Part shown: piece after piece, positions 1 through 12,935 of the stretch | Numbering within the stretch: position 1 is the stretch's first letter | How the letters are laid out: each line of letters begins with the position of its first letter | Assembly (NCBI RefSeq): GCF_030028105.1 | Contig: NC_092371.1 | Span: forward strand, 97,243,064-97,307,063 | DNA length: 64,000 nt | Source: Mobula birostris | Lineage: Eukaryota | Direction of reading: 5' to 3' | The notes under the pieces: model-generated | What the model saw: the letters and a program-made list of their open reading frames with translations, nothing else | What the model was told of the DNA's origin: nothing | Database searches by the model: none | Made by a program: the position numbers and the translations under genes

Positions 1-929
1 GGTTTTCGGATCAAGGCGCCAGCCAATCTATAATGACTTGTCTGGTCTTTCAATCTTCCATCATATCTTCTGCCTCACTTGCACCCCGCAAAAGTACATA
101 CCCTGTCCTCATATTATCTAACTGTAGCGTCAATAGGGACCTGCTCTCTATCAACGTTAAACTGCAAATTAATCGGTCAAAACTCAAAACTGCTTTCTTG
201 ATAAAATCACTTCCAGAAAATGTTCCCGAGTAGTCCATAACACTTTAAAAATCTGTAAAGTATTTCTATGTTTGGTACAGCGTATAAAGGGAAATAGAAG
301 GTCAAATAATCTCCAGCAGAAGATGTAATGACTAGCATTCGATCCATAAAACAGTGATATAACTTTGCAAGGAATAAGAAACATTATCAGATCTAAGGAC
401 GTGGAGCAGTTTAGAATTCAACAGCAATAACAACACACAATTCTCGCGCTCGCAGTGCTGGACAATGTCTGAACAGTCCCGTCAGCAATCTCATTAGAAG
501 TCTCCCAGCACAGTTTATCAGTGCGCAGTAGGACCATGTTATTTGGTTGAGTTATCTGTCAGTTTTTAATGTGAGATGGGGAGGCCGTTGATAATTGCTT
601 AGCGCTGTATTACACGGGGGGAAGGGCTGTTGGCAGATGAGGAGCATGAAGTGCGTTTTATGTGCATTGAATGGCCTTGCCCAACTTGGGCTGTGATGTC
701 ACTCTCTCCCATCCGAATTTCCACCCCGTCCCCAACAACAGCCTCCCCATATTTTCTTCTCAATGTTCCCATTTATTAATCCATGTGTTTCACGGACATG
801 TTTCATGGTCCAATGTGGCGATTTTTGAAGAGGAGGTGTGAGATGGAAGAGGAAGATTCTAGGCCTGTGCCTATGGACAATTCTGATAAAGTTAATGATG
901 AAGAATTATAATCCTTTAAGTCAATTCCC

Positions 930-1640
930 CGCACTAGTGCAATAACAGTCACAAACAAGCCCGTCTTTACAACGAAAGCTACTTTATCAACCGGTGTTAT
1001 ATGGACTGGCGATCCAAGTTGTCCCATTCTATTGTGCCCAGTCTGTGGCAGACAACTTACACATGCAGCATTGTCTCCAGCAAACTAGAAAGGACCCTTA
1101 ACTACAAATCATTGCCATGTGATACGTAAAAGTGCTGATTATTTTAAACAGCTATTTGAATCTTAATACAATCAGTGTAAAGCTTTTGTCAACAAAGCCA
1201 CATTCAGTAAAAGTACTCAGGATGCAAGCTGTTTAGCAGCATAACTTATTACCCAGGAAAGGAAAGGTCACACAATTGGCGAGAACCTAATAATGCCAGC
1301 ATTATAAATTATAATGGGTAAAATGCTAGATCAAGATGCAGTGCAGTAAGTCGATGTATTAATGACATATCACATGATGCCGAAAATGTTTTGCGTGATA
1401 ATCTGGAAAACAACAACCTCTCTGTTGCTGCGTCAATGAAGTCACAAAAGAAAAGTAGTGTTGGATACAAAGCAGCTTCTTTATTCGACAAAACCAGGTA
1501 CAGCAGGCACCATATGGAGACGCTATTTGTCGAAAGGTCTGGCTGGCCCATCTTGGGATTCGGCATTTTATGTGCCAAACATCAAAGGACAATTCCGTAT
1601 TTATTAAGTATAGAAAATAGTTATTTGAAACTACATACAA
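930..1640 (+). mobile_element. Degenerate hAT-Charlie/Buster-type transposase fragment
   Basis: Translation across stops and frameshifts gives WTGDPSCPI.LCPVCGRQLTHAA, ITQERKGHTIGENLIMPA, MGKMLDQDAV and SRCINDISHDAENVLRDNLENNN, matching the N-terminal half of Charlie/Buster transposases. Confidence 0.75.
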
Positions 1641-1699
1641 ATCTCACACCTCCAGAATCACCTCCACACCACAGACATCCAAATAAATGTTTAAGCCTG

Positions 1700-2330
1700 A
1701 TCTTACGTCCGCGACAGTGACAGTAGATTCACGTGCATCATATCATACCCGTCCGTTCTGCATAAAGCGTGGATAGAATCTATGAAATTCCTCGGGAAAG
1801 ACTGTGCTATTTTCGGCGATGTTGCCCATTTGATTGGGTAATCCTTTAAAATATGTAAGGACTGCTATAGCAACGGCTGGACCGAGACTCGACTGTGGAC
1901 TGGGATAGTCTCTTAACATCTTTATGGAAGTTACAGTTTGATTTCTTATCGGGTCAGGGTTACATGATTTTAATGCTGCAGACCTACACTTCAGAAGAGA
2001 GTGGATCTCCCGGTTCACCCGTGGTTTCCGGTTTGGGAACACTTGGGTGTCCTCTGTAGTACACAGTCCTCAACACACTTTCTGATAAAATCTGTGAAGG
2101 TAGTGACATCCTCATGTAGACTGGAGGCTGAGTCTGTGATCGTTGTCCAGTCTACCAACTCAAAATATTCATGTAGAATCTAGTCTGTTTTCTGAGACCA
2201 GCACTGTATGACTTTCTGTTCTGGTTCCTCTCGTTTCCGCTTCTTATTTCGAAAAAGCTTCTGTTTCTAAATTCAGCTACTGTTGTTAATATTGCATCTA
2301 AAGAAGCGAAACGGTTATTAAATGTGTTTT
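1700..2330 (-). mobile_element. Old Rex1/Babar-like non-LTR retrotransposon fragment (paralogous to 35860-36540)
   Basis: Minus-strand ELVDWTTITDSAS and FPNRKPRVNREIHSLLKCRSAALKS, typical of the region between EN and RT in Rex1/Babar-like LINEs; many lesions. Confidence 0.65.
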
Positions 2331-3144
2331 GGTTTACTTGCTCATGGAAAATAAGTTCTCTGTGGTTGTTAATTGCAGAATTCCCTACCATTAAAATGCA
2401 TACACAACTATTTAACGCGGCGGTATGTACGAAATATTACGTAATACGTTTCTGCCATCTGCTGGTCAAGTCGCAGATGTCGGAAACGCCAGATCTGCTC
2501 AGAAATGCTGCACTGGATTGGGAGTACTGTAACATTTAACTTTAATTTTGGAAATCTACCTAAACGCGAATAACTGAAACTTACCGGCGACCCTCTTCAG
2601 AGAATTCCAGAGAGTCCTCAGAAATAAAGTTCAACGTGGAGTTCACGTGAGGTCCAGCAGCGAAGGATAAAATCACTAACGTCGGAAGCCGATAATCTGG
2701 TAACCTAATTAAGAACGAACAATTGAACGAAGGGGCACAGTTGCACTGGGAAAATGATCAGCCTAACAATGTTCAATAGTTTTGCATTAACTAAACATAT
2801 TTTACAGTTTTAAAATATATACAAATGCTGATTAGCTACTAATTAAATTTTTCAATAGCATTCCTTTAAATTCTATTCTACTTTTCAGTGCTCATGAGAG
2901 ATTTCAAGATCTTCCGCGTGTCAGGAACATTCAGCGGCATCAAGCGTTTTTGAGGGGTTGCATTACTGAGAAAACTACAAGATCTTTCACAGACTTGCCA
3001 TTGCAGATTACAATATGTCAACGAGCACGCCAGTATTAGGAGCTTCGCAGACGATAAGTCCGAACTTAACTGTAAATCGTTCACCTGCGCAACTGGCATG
3101 CCACTCGTAACGTATCCGAACCTGGTTCTCAGGGCAACTCATTA

Positions 3145-3770
3145 ACATAGAAACATAGAAAACTTACAGAACAATTTAGGCCCTTTGGCCCACAATGCTG
3201 TGCCGAACATTTACTTACTTTAGAAATTACCAAGGATTACCCATGCCCTCTATTTTTTCTAAGCTCCATGTACATATCCTGGAGTCTCCTGAAAGACCCT
3301 ATCGTATCCGCCTCCTCCACCGTCGCCGGCAGCCCATTCCAAGCACTCACCACCCTCTGCGTAAAAAAAATACTTTCCCGGACAACTACTCTGTACCTAC
3401 TTCCAAGCACCTTTAAACTGTGTCCTCTCATGTTAGCCATTTCAGCCCTGGAAAAAAGCCTCTGACTATCCATACAATCAATGCCTCTCATCATCTTATA
3501 CACCTCTATCAGGTCACCTCTCATCCCCCGTCGCTCCAAGGAGAAAAGGCCAAACTATTTTCATAGGGCATGGTCCCCAATCCAGGCAACATTCTTGTAT
3601 ATCTCCCCTGCACCCTTTCAATGGCTTCCACATCTTTCCTGTAGTGAGGTGACCAGAACTGAGCACAGTACTCCAAGTGGTGTCTGTCCAGAGTCCTATA
3701 AAGGTGTAACATTACCTCTTAGCTCTTAAACTCAATCCGACTGTTGTTGAAGGCCAATGCATCGTTTGGA
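3145..3770 (-). mobile_element. CR1 LINE 3' fragment
   Basis: ORFs 3237-3539 and 3521-3712 (LEYCAQFWSPHYRKD, RRGMRGDLIEVYK, FFTQRVVSAWNGLP) and an (ATAGAAAC)n tail at about 3145-3160. Confidence 0.9.
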
Positions 3771-6700
3771 TCTATACTGTACATATCAGTGGGCTGGGAG
3801 TGAGCAAGACTTGTCCACGCCAATTTTCTGGCGAAGTGAAATTCATGCCAATATATAAACGTGATAATTAAAATACCAGAGCAGCGTTCGTTAAACGCGG
3901 TTATCACGTTAACAAGAACTGTTCGATGTAGTGTATTGATTCGGCGAAAAGAAATATGCAGGAGCTGGTTTTGTTCATCAGCGATATTAACTTGGAATAC
4001 TTTCTGTAAAAAAGAGTCTGCTGAAGTTGCCAGTATCACCTCTATTCAGAGCCCCGAACAGTCCTTCTAGCTGAGGCAACACTGCATCTGAGAATCTGTT
4101 GGGGTCGGCTTCTGTATCCTGTGTTTCCGATGCGGCCTCTTCTACATTGGTGAGACTCAACGTAAATTGGGGGGACCAATTTGTTGACCACCCTCATTCC
4201 ATGCGCAAAAAGCGATATTTCCCAGTGGCGAACAATTTGAATTCCCATCCGCATTCCCTTCTCACATCTCAGTCTATGGCCTCTTTTTCAGCCTGACGTG
4301 CTGAGATCCTCCAGCATTTACGTGGGTTTCGAGCATCTGCTGTACCCCTTCTATGCACGACGCATTTATTTAAATGGAGAGTGTGGGTGTGAAATATAAG
4401 ACCAATATAAATTACGTTTGTTTTAATTATTCAGTGTTCTGCTGCACTCATTGCTTACCCGTTTTTTTACTTGGTCAAGCTCGACCAGAGAAAGTGGTTC
4501 TTCCACATCCAAAGAAAACAATGTCTGTGGGTGGTGAATGCAGATAACATAACGTGTCCTCAGTAACGAATCCCCGGAGGTAAAAGTAAATCCATCCCCA
4601 TATCATTGCTCATCTCCACGTACTGGTGCACGTCTCTCCTTGCTCTGACCCTAATGCAATTTCAGCTATTCAGAAAATCATGGGCAAATTAGAATCCCAG
4701 CCTTTGTCTCGTACTTTCTGAACAACAGCAAGGCCATACTCTCAAGCAACTATATAGTTGATGCAGCCTTATATTTATCTGATCTCATTCTAGACCCACC
4801 CATTGTCGGATCACCTTCTCCAAGTCAGATTGTCTCACATTTCCATTACTAAATACTAAATCGCCCTATATATTTCCTTATCAGAGCACATTATCAGCAT
4901 CACAATGGAAAAAAAGGAATTACAGAGGAATGAAAGAGGAGCTTGCCCACTGGATAGGAGAGGGATAGTGGCTGGGGTGACGGCAGAACCGAGGTGGCTG
5001 AAGTATCTGGGAACGATTCATAAGGCGCAGGATACACAGACGAAATTGTTCATAAATGGCAGAGCTGGACAATCGTAGCTGACAAGGGAGGTTAAGGACA
5101 GCCCCGTTTCATTCTATAACACCCAAACTTGTAGGCTCAACGACAAACTGCTCTAATAAGCCATCTCGTAGGCATTAAACAAATTCAACAAATTCACTCT
5201 CTTACTCTCTTGTGATCCATTACCAACCTGATATTTCCAATCTACCTGTATGGTAAAATCGCCTATGACCATCATAGCATCGCCCTTTTGACACGCCTTT
5301 TCTATTTTCCGTTATAATTTTGTAGAACACACCCTAGCTACTGTTTGGAGGCCTGTATACAACTGCCATCAAGGTCCCTTTACCCTTTCAGTTTCTTAAC
5401 TCAACCTACAGCTTCTTCCTATTCTATGGGACATCCTTCTCATGATTTGATGTCGTTCTTTACCACCAGAGCCACGCCACCCCCTCTGCCACACCTATCC
5501 TACCATATATTTAACGCATCTTCAAATATTAAAAGGAAAACTAAGCTCCCAATAAATGCAAAATAGTAAAATTCAGGCGGTTATCACGAGCAGTGAAGCA
5601 GAAAGTCAATGACATCTTCAGCAATACTGTTAGAGAAATTGGTCTTTCGTTCCTGGCACACGAGGCACTGGCTTATTTTGAAGTGGATTTTGTTAAGCTT
5701 TGCAATCTTGAACATTTTTATCTTTAACTTTTAGAGGCGAGTTAACAAGTTTTAGTTGTTTAATTTAAATGCACATTATGGTCATTTAAAAATCCCGTTT
5801 GTGAGTATGTCTAAGTGTCAGAAATATTCATGGTCATTCGAAGACCTTGAAATTTTAAACCGTGTTTCGTCATCGCTTTTAGATTTGGATGGACATTTGT
5901 CAGCAGTTCAACATCCGCAAAAGGTCTGTGCCACCCCAGTGAAGGCAAACTGCTTCAGCTGCTGAGGTATTTTGATTTAGTTCCCAGGCATTCTGGGAGC
6001 TTAATGAAATATGCTAAAGGCGTTTAAACTCCTTTATCCAATATGTAAAACTCATTGGTTGGGGAATAAGGAGAGATTACCTATTCTGAATAGATTTTGA
6101 GTGCAATAAGGATTACAATGTTAAAAACTGACATTTCTATCCACGCAAAGTAGGCACCCAACTGAAATTAGAGCATGTTTCTATCATTTAATTCTCGTTT
6201 ATTACAACGCAAATTAAGAACAGTCCCTTGCTCCTTCTTAAGTGAATATTTCTGCCCTGGGGCAACTGAAAATACCGAAACGAATATGTAGTGCATTTTT
6301 CTCTTTTCTGAATCAAAATGTATTGATGATACTTTTGAAATTATCTATTTATTCAGTATCCCAGCTTTAGTAGATTGAGGTACAGATTCGTATTGCTGTA
6401 AATGAGAAAAAGTGCTGCAAAATATCGCATCTGAACGATATAATTTAACTGTAAACTCCAACATGTTTCATTATTATCCTTGCAGAGGATTTCCTCCGCT
6501 CTGTCTACTGTATAGTATTCCGTCATGTTAATTGTTATTATTGGATGAATTCATAGAGCCTCCCTGTCATCCCAGGGAATTTCTGGATCCTCCTTAAAAC
6601 CAATAACATCTTTCCTGACCTTCAATGTCCCAAATTGACTGCAATATTGTATCTGAAGCGTCAGCGACTGTTTTGTCCAGAAACTTACTTCCTCGTACTT

Positions 6701-7424
6701 TGGGACTTTAACGCCCTTCAGCTAAAGGACATACCAGTATTAAAAAAAGGACCTTAAGGGAGGTGATCCTACAATCACCCATCGTGCACGCACTGCCAAG
6801 GCGCAAATTAGGAATATAGTGCAATTAAATGCGTGTCCACGGAGCTGATGAGGGAAGGAGGGTTTTATGTATAAGGATCGTTGTGTTCCTTTCTGGGACA
6901 GGTGGACCAAGATTAGAAGGACGGGTTGCATTTAAACTGGGTGGGGCGAAGGACCAACATAATTGAACATCGGTTTAGAAAACAAAACATACAACACTCC
7001 AGCACAGTACAGGCTTTTCGGCCCACAATTTCGTGCCGACCTTACAATCCACTCTAAGATTTATCTATGAGCAAGGGTATACCATGCTGGATCGAAACGG
7101 GGACGGGTTGTGAAAGAGGGAGTACGAGATTTTGATGCGTGTTATTATATGACAACGAACATTTGCAAGCTCCCAAGAATATGGAACTTAGTGCAATGAA
7201 GACCCGTGAGTAAAGAACACAAGCTGGCCGATGTTGCACCGGTGTATTTGGGAATTCTTTATTTTCACTGACTCCGCTAATGTGCTTTAAAATGTATCAC
7301 CCATGTCTTTGCTACATCTGGACTTAACATTTCTATCTCCTTTCAAGTGAACGTGTCTCCGGAGAGGGCCATCTTAATAAGTGAATCCAGTACCAACTTG
7401 AATTTTTTTAAAATGGAGACACAA

Positions 7425-7781
7425 AAGACGGTAGATGGTCATGTGAAGCAAAAAGCAGCTCGGTCTGTCCACAGTACCAGTGAAACGATGGGGGATTGCT
7501 ACACGACTGGCGCTTTCATATCACGCAAAGGTGTTTGGCAATACCATCTCGGGTAATAATATCCTATACTGTCTCCTGATACGGACAGGTCACCTTGGCG
7601 GTTTCCCCCGGAGAAATAGAATTAAAAGTAGGGCACCGAGTCAGCAAAGTCTCAGCGTTTGTAGCTACCGAAACGATAAAATGAATATTCAGATACAGTG
7701 TAACGAGTTACTGCCTTAATGGTTTGCTTTACAGTGTTCACGGAACATGAACGAAGCGAGACACGGAACCTATTCAGGCAC
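7425..7781 (-). pseudogene. Ig lambda/type II light-chain V pseudogene (leader exon 7733-7781, intron 7665-7732, V exon about 7425-7664), 3'-truncated in FR3, no J
   Basis: The 49-nt leader exon GTG CCT GAA TAG GTT CCG...CAC T|gtaaag has the same length as the 47985-48033 leader. After the acceptor gtag|CT ACA AAC GCT GAG the exon reads, across frameshifts, ETLLTRCPTFNSISPGETAKVTC..SGDSIGYYYPRWYCQTP..AIPHRFTGTVDRPS..LHMTI, aligning with EIVLTQ..SPGQSTKITC.MSGGSIGSYYANWYWQKP..GIPDRFTGTVDSSS..MHLTI. Confidence 0.85.
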
Positions 7782-7849
7782 CGTGAAAGAGATGGTTAAG
7801 GTTCAAAAACGAAATATTTTTGTACACAATTTCGGATCTGTATTATTGG

Positions 7850-7955
7850 CCTCCCTTTAATAACTCTGAAACACAGCAACATCACTAAGTTTCAATTATT
7901 CCTGCAAATTCTATCCATGTCACATCGTATCGCGGCAAATGGGATATCTGCAAAT
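7850..7955 (-). promoter_or_regulatory. Remnant V promoter (TATA-like TTAAA, octamer variants)
   Basis: cctccctttaa (7850-7860) is identical to 48092-48102. CTGCAAAT at 7902-7909 lies at the same 42-nt spacing as the octamer variant of the other V. A second CTGCAAAT is at 7948-7955. Confidence 0.7.
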
Positions 7956-8344
7956 GCGTACAGGAGAACAAAGGTGCGGAGTTTATGTTTTAAGTCAAAA
8001 GCCCTCCAGTATAACCCAACATCCGCTCCCCCCGCCTGTCGCTGAAAGCTAAGAGCATTTTCTGATTTTCTTTTCAGATTTACACCGCCTACGATTTTAT
8101 TTTAATTTTGGAACAGATGTACGGTAGATTGGGTGGTGAGCTAGCAATTGTAAAGAAAATATTTAATATTTGATGACATTTTTTGAAAGGAATTTTAGTA
8201 GTGAATCAGGGGAGACGATATAGTCAACAATTATCTTTCGAGTTCTTGCCAATACAAAAGATACTTTGAAATATTTAGGATGACATTATAGAGACTTTCT
8301 AAGAAATTCATTCACATTTTGTTGCACTCGAAGGGAGACCTTTC

Positions 8345-11300
8345 GATGCCAGTACTAACCAAAGACTTGTGGGCGTAGTCAACCCACACCAGGTGGTTGC
8401 TACTGGTAGACGGGTTGCTGGTTGTTAAACAACTTAACGTCGCCTCCAAATCCTGGTTGACCCGTTCCGTTTGCCCGTTCGTCTGTGGGTCGAAGCCGGA
8501 TGACAGGCTGACCGAGGCACCTAAGGCTTGACAGAAGGCCTTCCATACCTTCGAGACGAATTGAGGACCTCGATCGGAGACGATGTCCGCGGGAATTCCA
8601 TGGATGCGAAAGAAGTGGCAGACAAGAAGGACTTTAGAGTTTAGGGAGGGCTACAAAGTGCACTGTCTTGGAGAACCGGTCTACCACGGTGAGTACTGTG
8701 GTGTTTCCTGAAGTGGGTAGACCGGTGACAAAATCTAGGGCGATGAGCGACGAAGGACGACCAGGGCAGGTAGGGGACGAAGTAATCCCGCAGGTGGCCG
8801 ATGGGAGGCTTTTCCACGGGCAACGACGGAACATGCAGAGATATAGGACCGGGCATCCGCCTTCATGAAAGCACCAAAAGTGTCTTTTCAGGAGAGCCGG
8901 TGTCCGATCATTCCCGGGGTGGCAGGCGAACCGAGATGTGTGCCTCCACCGGAGAACCTGAGAACTGACGGATTCAGGCACAAAAAGGCGATCGGCGGGT
9001 CCATTGCCAAGGTCAGGGTCATCCCGCTGGGCTTCCTTTACTAAGGACTCAATCTCCTAAATGAGGGTAGCCACCATGCAGGACAGTGGGAGGATAGTCT
9101 CTGGGCTAGAAGTGTCCTCCTTGGAATTGTATTGGCGGGAGAGCGCGTCATTTCCCGTTCTTGGACCCTGGACGGTATGTGATAGAAAACTTGAATCGTC
9201 CAAAAAATAATACCCAACGGGCCTGGCGGCAGTTCAAACGTTTGGCGGTCTGAATATATCCCAGGTTCTTAAGATCAGTCCAAACAATAAACGGGCGTTC
9301 CTCCCCCTCCAGCCAGTGCCTCCACTCCTCCAGCGCTAGCTTGACCGCCAGTAGTTCCCAATTCGCCAGGTCGTAAATCCGCTCGGCGGGCGCAGCCGGT
9401 GAGAAAAGAAAGCACAGGGATGAAGCTTCTCGTCCGGACTTGATCGTGAGAAGGACTGCTCCCCCCCGGAGTCGGAGACATCAACGTCAACAATGAATTG
9501 GCGGGAGGGGTCCGGTTGGACCAGGATGGGTGCGGTCGTGAAACGTCTCTTTAGTTCCGTGAAAGTTGAATCGGCTTTGGAGTCCCAAAGTAAAGGTGTT
9601 GTGAGCGAAGTAAATCGGGTGAGGGGCGCGACCACCCGACTATAATCCCTGATAAATCTGCGGAAAAGGGTTGCAAAACCGCAAAACCGCTGAAGCTGCT
9701 TGCGGGTCGTGGGTCTGGGCCATTCTTCCACCGCCGGGATCTTCACAGGATCTGCCCACACTTGACCGCTCTCGATGATGTAGCCCAGGAAACTGACCGA
9801 GGGAACGTGGAACTCACACTTCTCCGCCTTCAAAAATAACTTGTCCTCCCACAGTCTCTGCAGGACTAGACGGACATGGTGAATATGTTTCTGGAGGCTG
9901 CTAGAAAATATTAAGATAGCATCTAGGTAGACGAACACGAAGCGGTTAATAAAGTCCCTCAGCACATCATCGATTAGGGCTTGAAAAACGGCGGGGGCAT
10001 CGGTGAGGCCAAATGGCATGACCAATTATTAGAAATGAACTAATGGTGTATTAAAGGCCGTCTTCCACTCGTCTCCCACCCTCATCCTGACTAGATGGTA
10101 GGCGCTACGAAGGTCAAACTTCGAGAAGATGGTGGCTCCGTGACATGGTTCAAATGCCGAGTTATGAGGGGCATTGGGTACTTATTTTTTACTGTTATAG
10201 AAACAGAGAAAAATAGAAACAATGAAAACCTACAGCATAATAGAGGCCCTTCGGCCCACAGAGTTGTGCCGAACATGTCCCTACCTTAGAAATTACTAGG
10301 CTTACCTTTAGTCCTCTATTTTACGAAGCTCCATGTACCTATCTAAAAGTCTCTTAAAAGACTCTATAGTATAACGAGGCCCCGGGGTGCAGGTCGATAG
10401 CTCAATCATACGGGCGGTGCGGAGGCAGGGTAAGAGCCCGTTGTCTGCTGAATACCTGTCATGGTATTCTGCAGGGACTCCGGACAAGTCGAGGGGTTCC
10501 AGGACTGGCGAGGTCGCGGTAGCCTCCGTAAGGGATGGAGCCGACTGCAGGCAGGTGGTGTGACAAAACGGGCTTCAACTGGCTATCCTCCCGGTAGACC
10601 AGTTGATGTAGGGGTTGTGGTGGTTTAGCCAGGGATATCCTAGAACTACAGGAGGTTGAAGAGAAAGGATGAGATTAAATCGTACCTCCTCCCAATGGTT
10701 TCCGGACAGAATCAAGGTCAGGTGTGCCGTACAGTGGGTAACGCGAGCCAGCAGTTTTCCGTCCAGCGCCCGGGCCTCCAGAAGGGTACATAATGGCTCC
10801 CGAGGTATTCTGGTCCGGGAGACTATGTCCTCGTCCAGCAGGTTTCCCTCAGCACCGGATTCCACCAAGGCAGATAGGGACAGGGACTGTTGTTGATAGT
10901 TCACGGTAGCCGCGATCTGCATTCGGGTCTGGGGGACTGAAGGAAGTGTTGTCCGGCTCACCAGGGTCCCCCCTTCTACTGCTGAGCCCTCTCTTTTGGG
11001 CGCAGAGGACAGGTATCCCAGCAATGTCCCGGCTGGCCGCAATGGTAACAATCCCCAACTCTCCGCCTCCGAAGTCGATCGGCAGGGGAGAGACAGTTCC
11101 GTCCCAGCTTCATCGGTTCCTCCCCCAGGGTAGTGGGGACAGTCGGAGCATGAGCTAAACTTTGAGCGGCCGGGAAAGGGAGGCTTGCTGAGGATGGTAA
11201 GGTGGGCCGTGGGATGACCCGAGGAGCGGGGCGACTGGTCTTTTCTCTCAGTCGATGTTTCTTGAAGTCGATTATCTAGCCTGGCGGCTAGAGGGATCAG

Positions 11301-12229
11301 TGAGTTCAGGCTGTCCGCGTCCTCCCTCGCTGCCAATTCATCTTTTATCTTATCTGAGAAGCCCCGCCGAAACATTTCACGTGGTGCCTCGTCATTGCAC
11401 CCAGAGTCGGCCGCTAATGTTCGGAACTCGATGGAGTATTTTGCTACGCTTCGCGAACCCTGATAATGAATTAACAAGCGCTTAGCGGCGTCCTTACCGC
11501 GAATGGGCTGTTCAAACACCTTCCTCATTTCGGAGACGGAGTAGGAGAAGGAAGAAGAGACTACTGGTCGGTTGTCCCAGATCGCGGTGGCCTATGCCAA
11601 GGCATCCCCTCGTAAAGGCCCTATGATTTTTGATCTGTCCGACGTGTACGTACATGGCTGTTGCTCAAAGACCAAAGAGCATTGTAGTAAGAAGGTCGGT
11701 TCCCAGCGTAGGGTTCCGGTTCGGGTACCTAGGGCTCTCGAGGGGATTGTGTGGCCGACCCAAGGGGCGTAGCCATCCCAGGCTGTGCGGTTTGCTCACA
11801 GGGACGGAGTAAGGGAAGCGGATACCCGGTCAACCTGCTCACTGACCTTCCTTACATTCATGGACAGCGCACGAAGGTTTTCCGTGACCACTATGAGCAG
11901 TTGGTCGTGGGCTCCCAGTAGGTAGCCTTGGCTGGCGAGGGCCTGTTCACGGGGTCCGTGTCCGCTGGGTTCATTCTGACCAGTTCGTTCTGTTGCAAGG
12001 ACGTGACTGGGGGCGAACCTAACAGCAGGACACAGGCATGGAGACAGGCTCGTGAGGGGTTAGCACAGTCACGAACATGGAACAGGTATTCAGGAGAATC
12101 TTTACACGGAGACAAGCTTTACGTAGATTATCTAGCGAATGGCGCGGATTTAGAACTGACAGTCCTAAGGAATCAGGGAACGAGGTTTACGCACAGGAAA
12201 ATAGACCAACGAATTGGTGAAGCATGACA
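8345..12229 (-). mobile_element. Ty3/gypsy LTR retrotransposon, sushi-like (PEG10/RTL-type gag), 3'-truncated and degenerate
   Basis: 5' LTR 11991-12229 (TGTCATG...CAACA); gag start MNPAD at 11974; gag-protease ORF 10575-11528 (QGSRSVAKYSIEFRTLA, ALVESGAEGNLLD); RT 9336-10025 ([25 protein letters not shown]); integrase 8400-8980 ([17 protein letters not shown]). No 3' LTR seen. Confidence 0.9.
10190..10370 (-). mobile_element. Short CR1 3'-end insertion inside the sushi-like element
   Basis: ATAGAAAC-like tail followed by ggcccttcggcccacagagttgtgccgaacat, closely similar to the CR1 end at 3145-3260; interrupts pol. Confidence 0.8.
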
Positions 12230-12935
12230 GTGAGGTTCTTATCCTCAGTTCGCTAATGGGAAGCAGGTGTGCGGTGATTAATGAAAATTGGGAACAATTG
12301 GAAATCAGACGAGGGGATTAAGACCTAATCAAGGAGATAATAGCAAGATGGGGCATTGCCGGATGGGATCATGACACTCGGACGAACTAACTATTCAGAC
12401 TGCGCTCTCACTACATCAGTAGTCCATTCTGGTCTATTGAACGCAGTAATATTTTTATTGCCGAGTTGAAAGGCACAGTAAATATTGTACAGACTAAATC
12501 TTCACAGTCGGATAGAATGAAGAACAAAGAAGACCTTGTAAAAAGTCCATAATTTAGATATTTAGGACGCAGCTGCGAATTCTGCAAATAAATATTTGCC
12601 TCTTTTGAAAACGAATCTGCAATATTATGAAAACCATTTGAAACATATAGAGAGGAAATGTGAAAATATCAGAGTCACATGGGTGCAAAACTGCAGAAGG
12701 CTGAGAACATCGCAGATAAATCAATAAGTTTAGAAAAATAAATTATTTGAAGTCTTCCAGGACAGGTCATACTGGGATTGCAGTCAGATACTGGACATAG
12801 GTGGGCATCTGTCTTAGGTTTCGCCACTCAGCATATAATTGTAGGGTTCTTAGTAATATTAACTGTAATGTTAACTGTTAACTGCTAATTATAAATTGGC
12901 TCCTCTGAAGTGTAATAATGCAATGGCTTCTTTTC

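Noticed and set aside
6135-6150. tttctatccacg, matching the V promoter block
   Set aside because: Only a 12-bp match, with no octamer, TATA block, leader or V sequence nearby.
6675-6740. Minus-strand gtaagt donor as a possible displaced J of the V pseudogene
   Set aside because: No FGxG motif in any frame upstream of the donor.
10575-11528. Possible domesticated PEG10/RTL-like gene
   Set aside because: It sits in a TE with an LTR, frameshifts, a mutated protease active site and a CR1 insertion.
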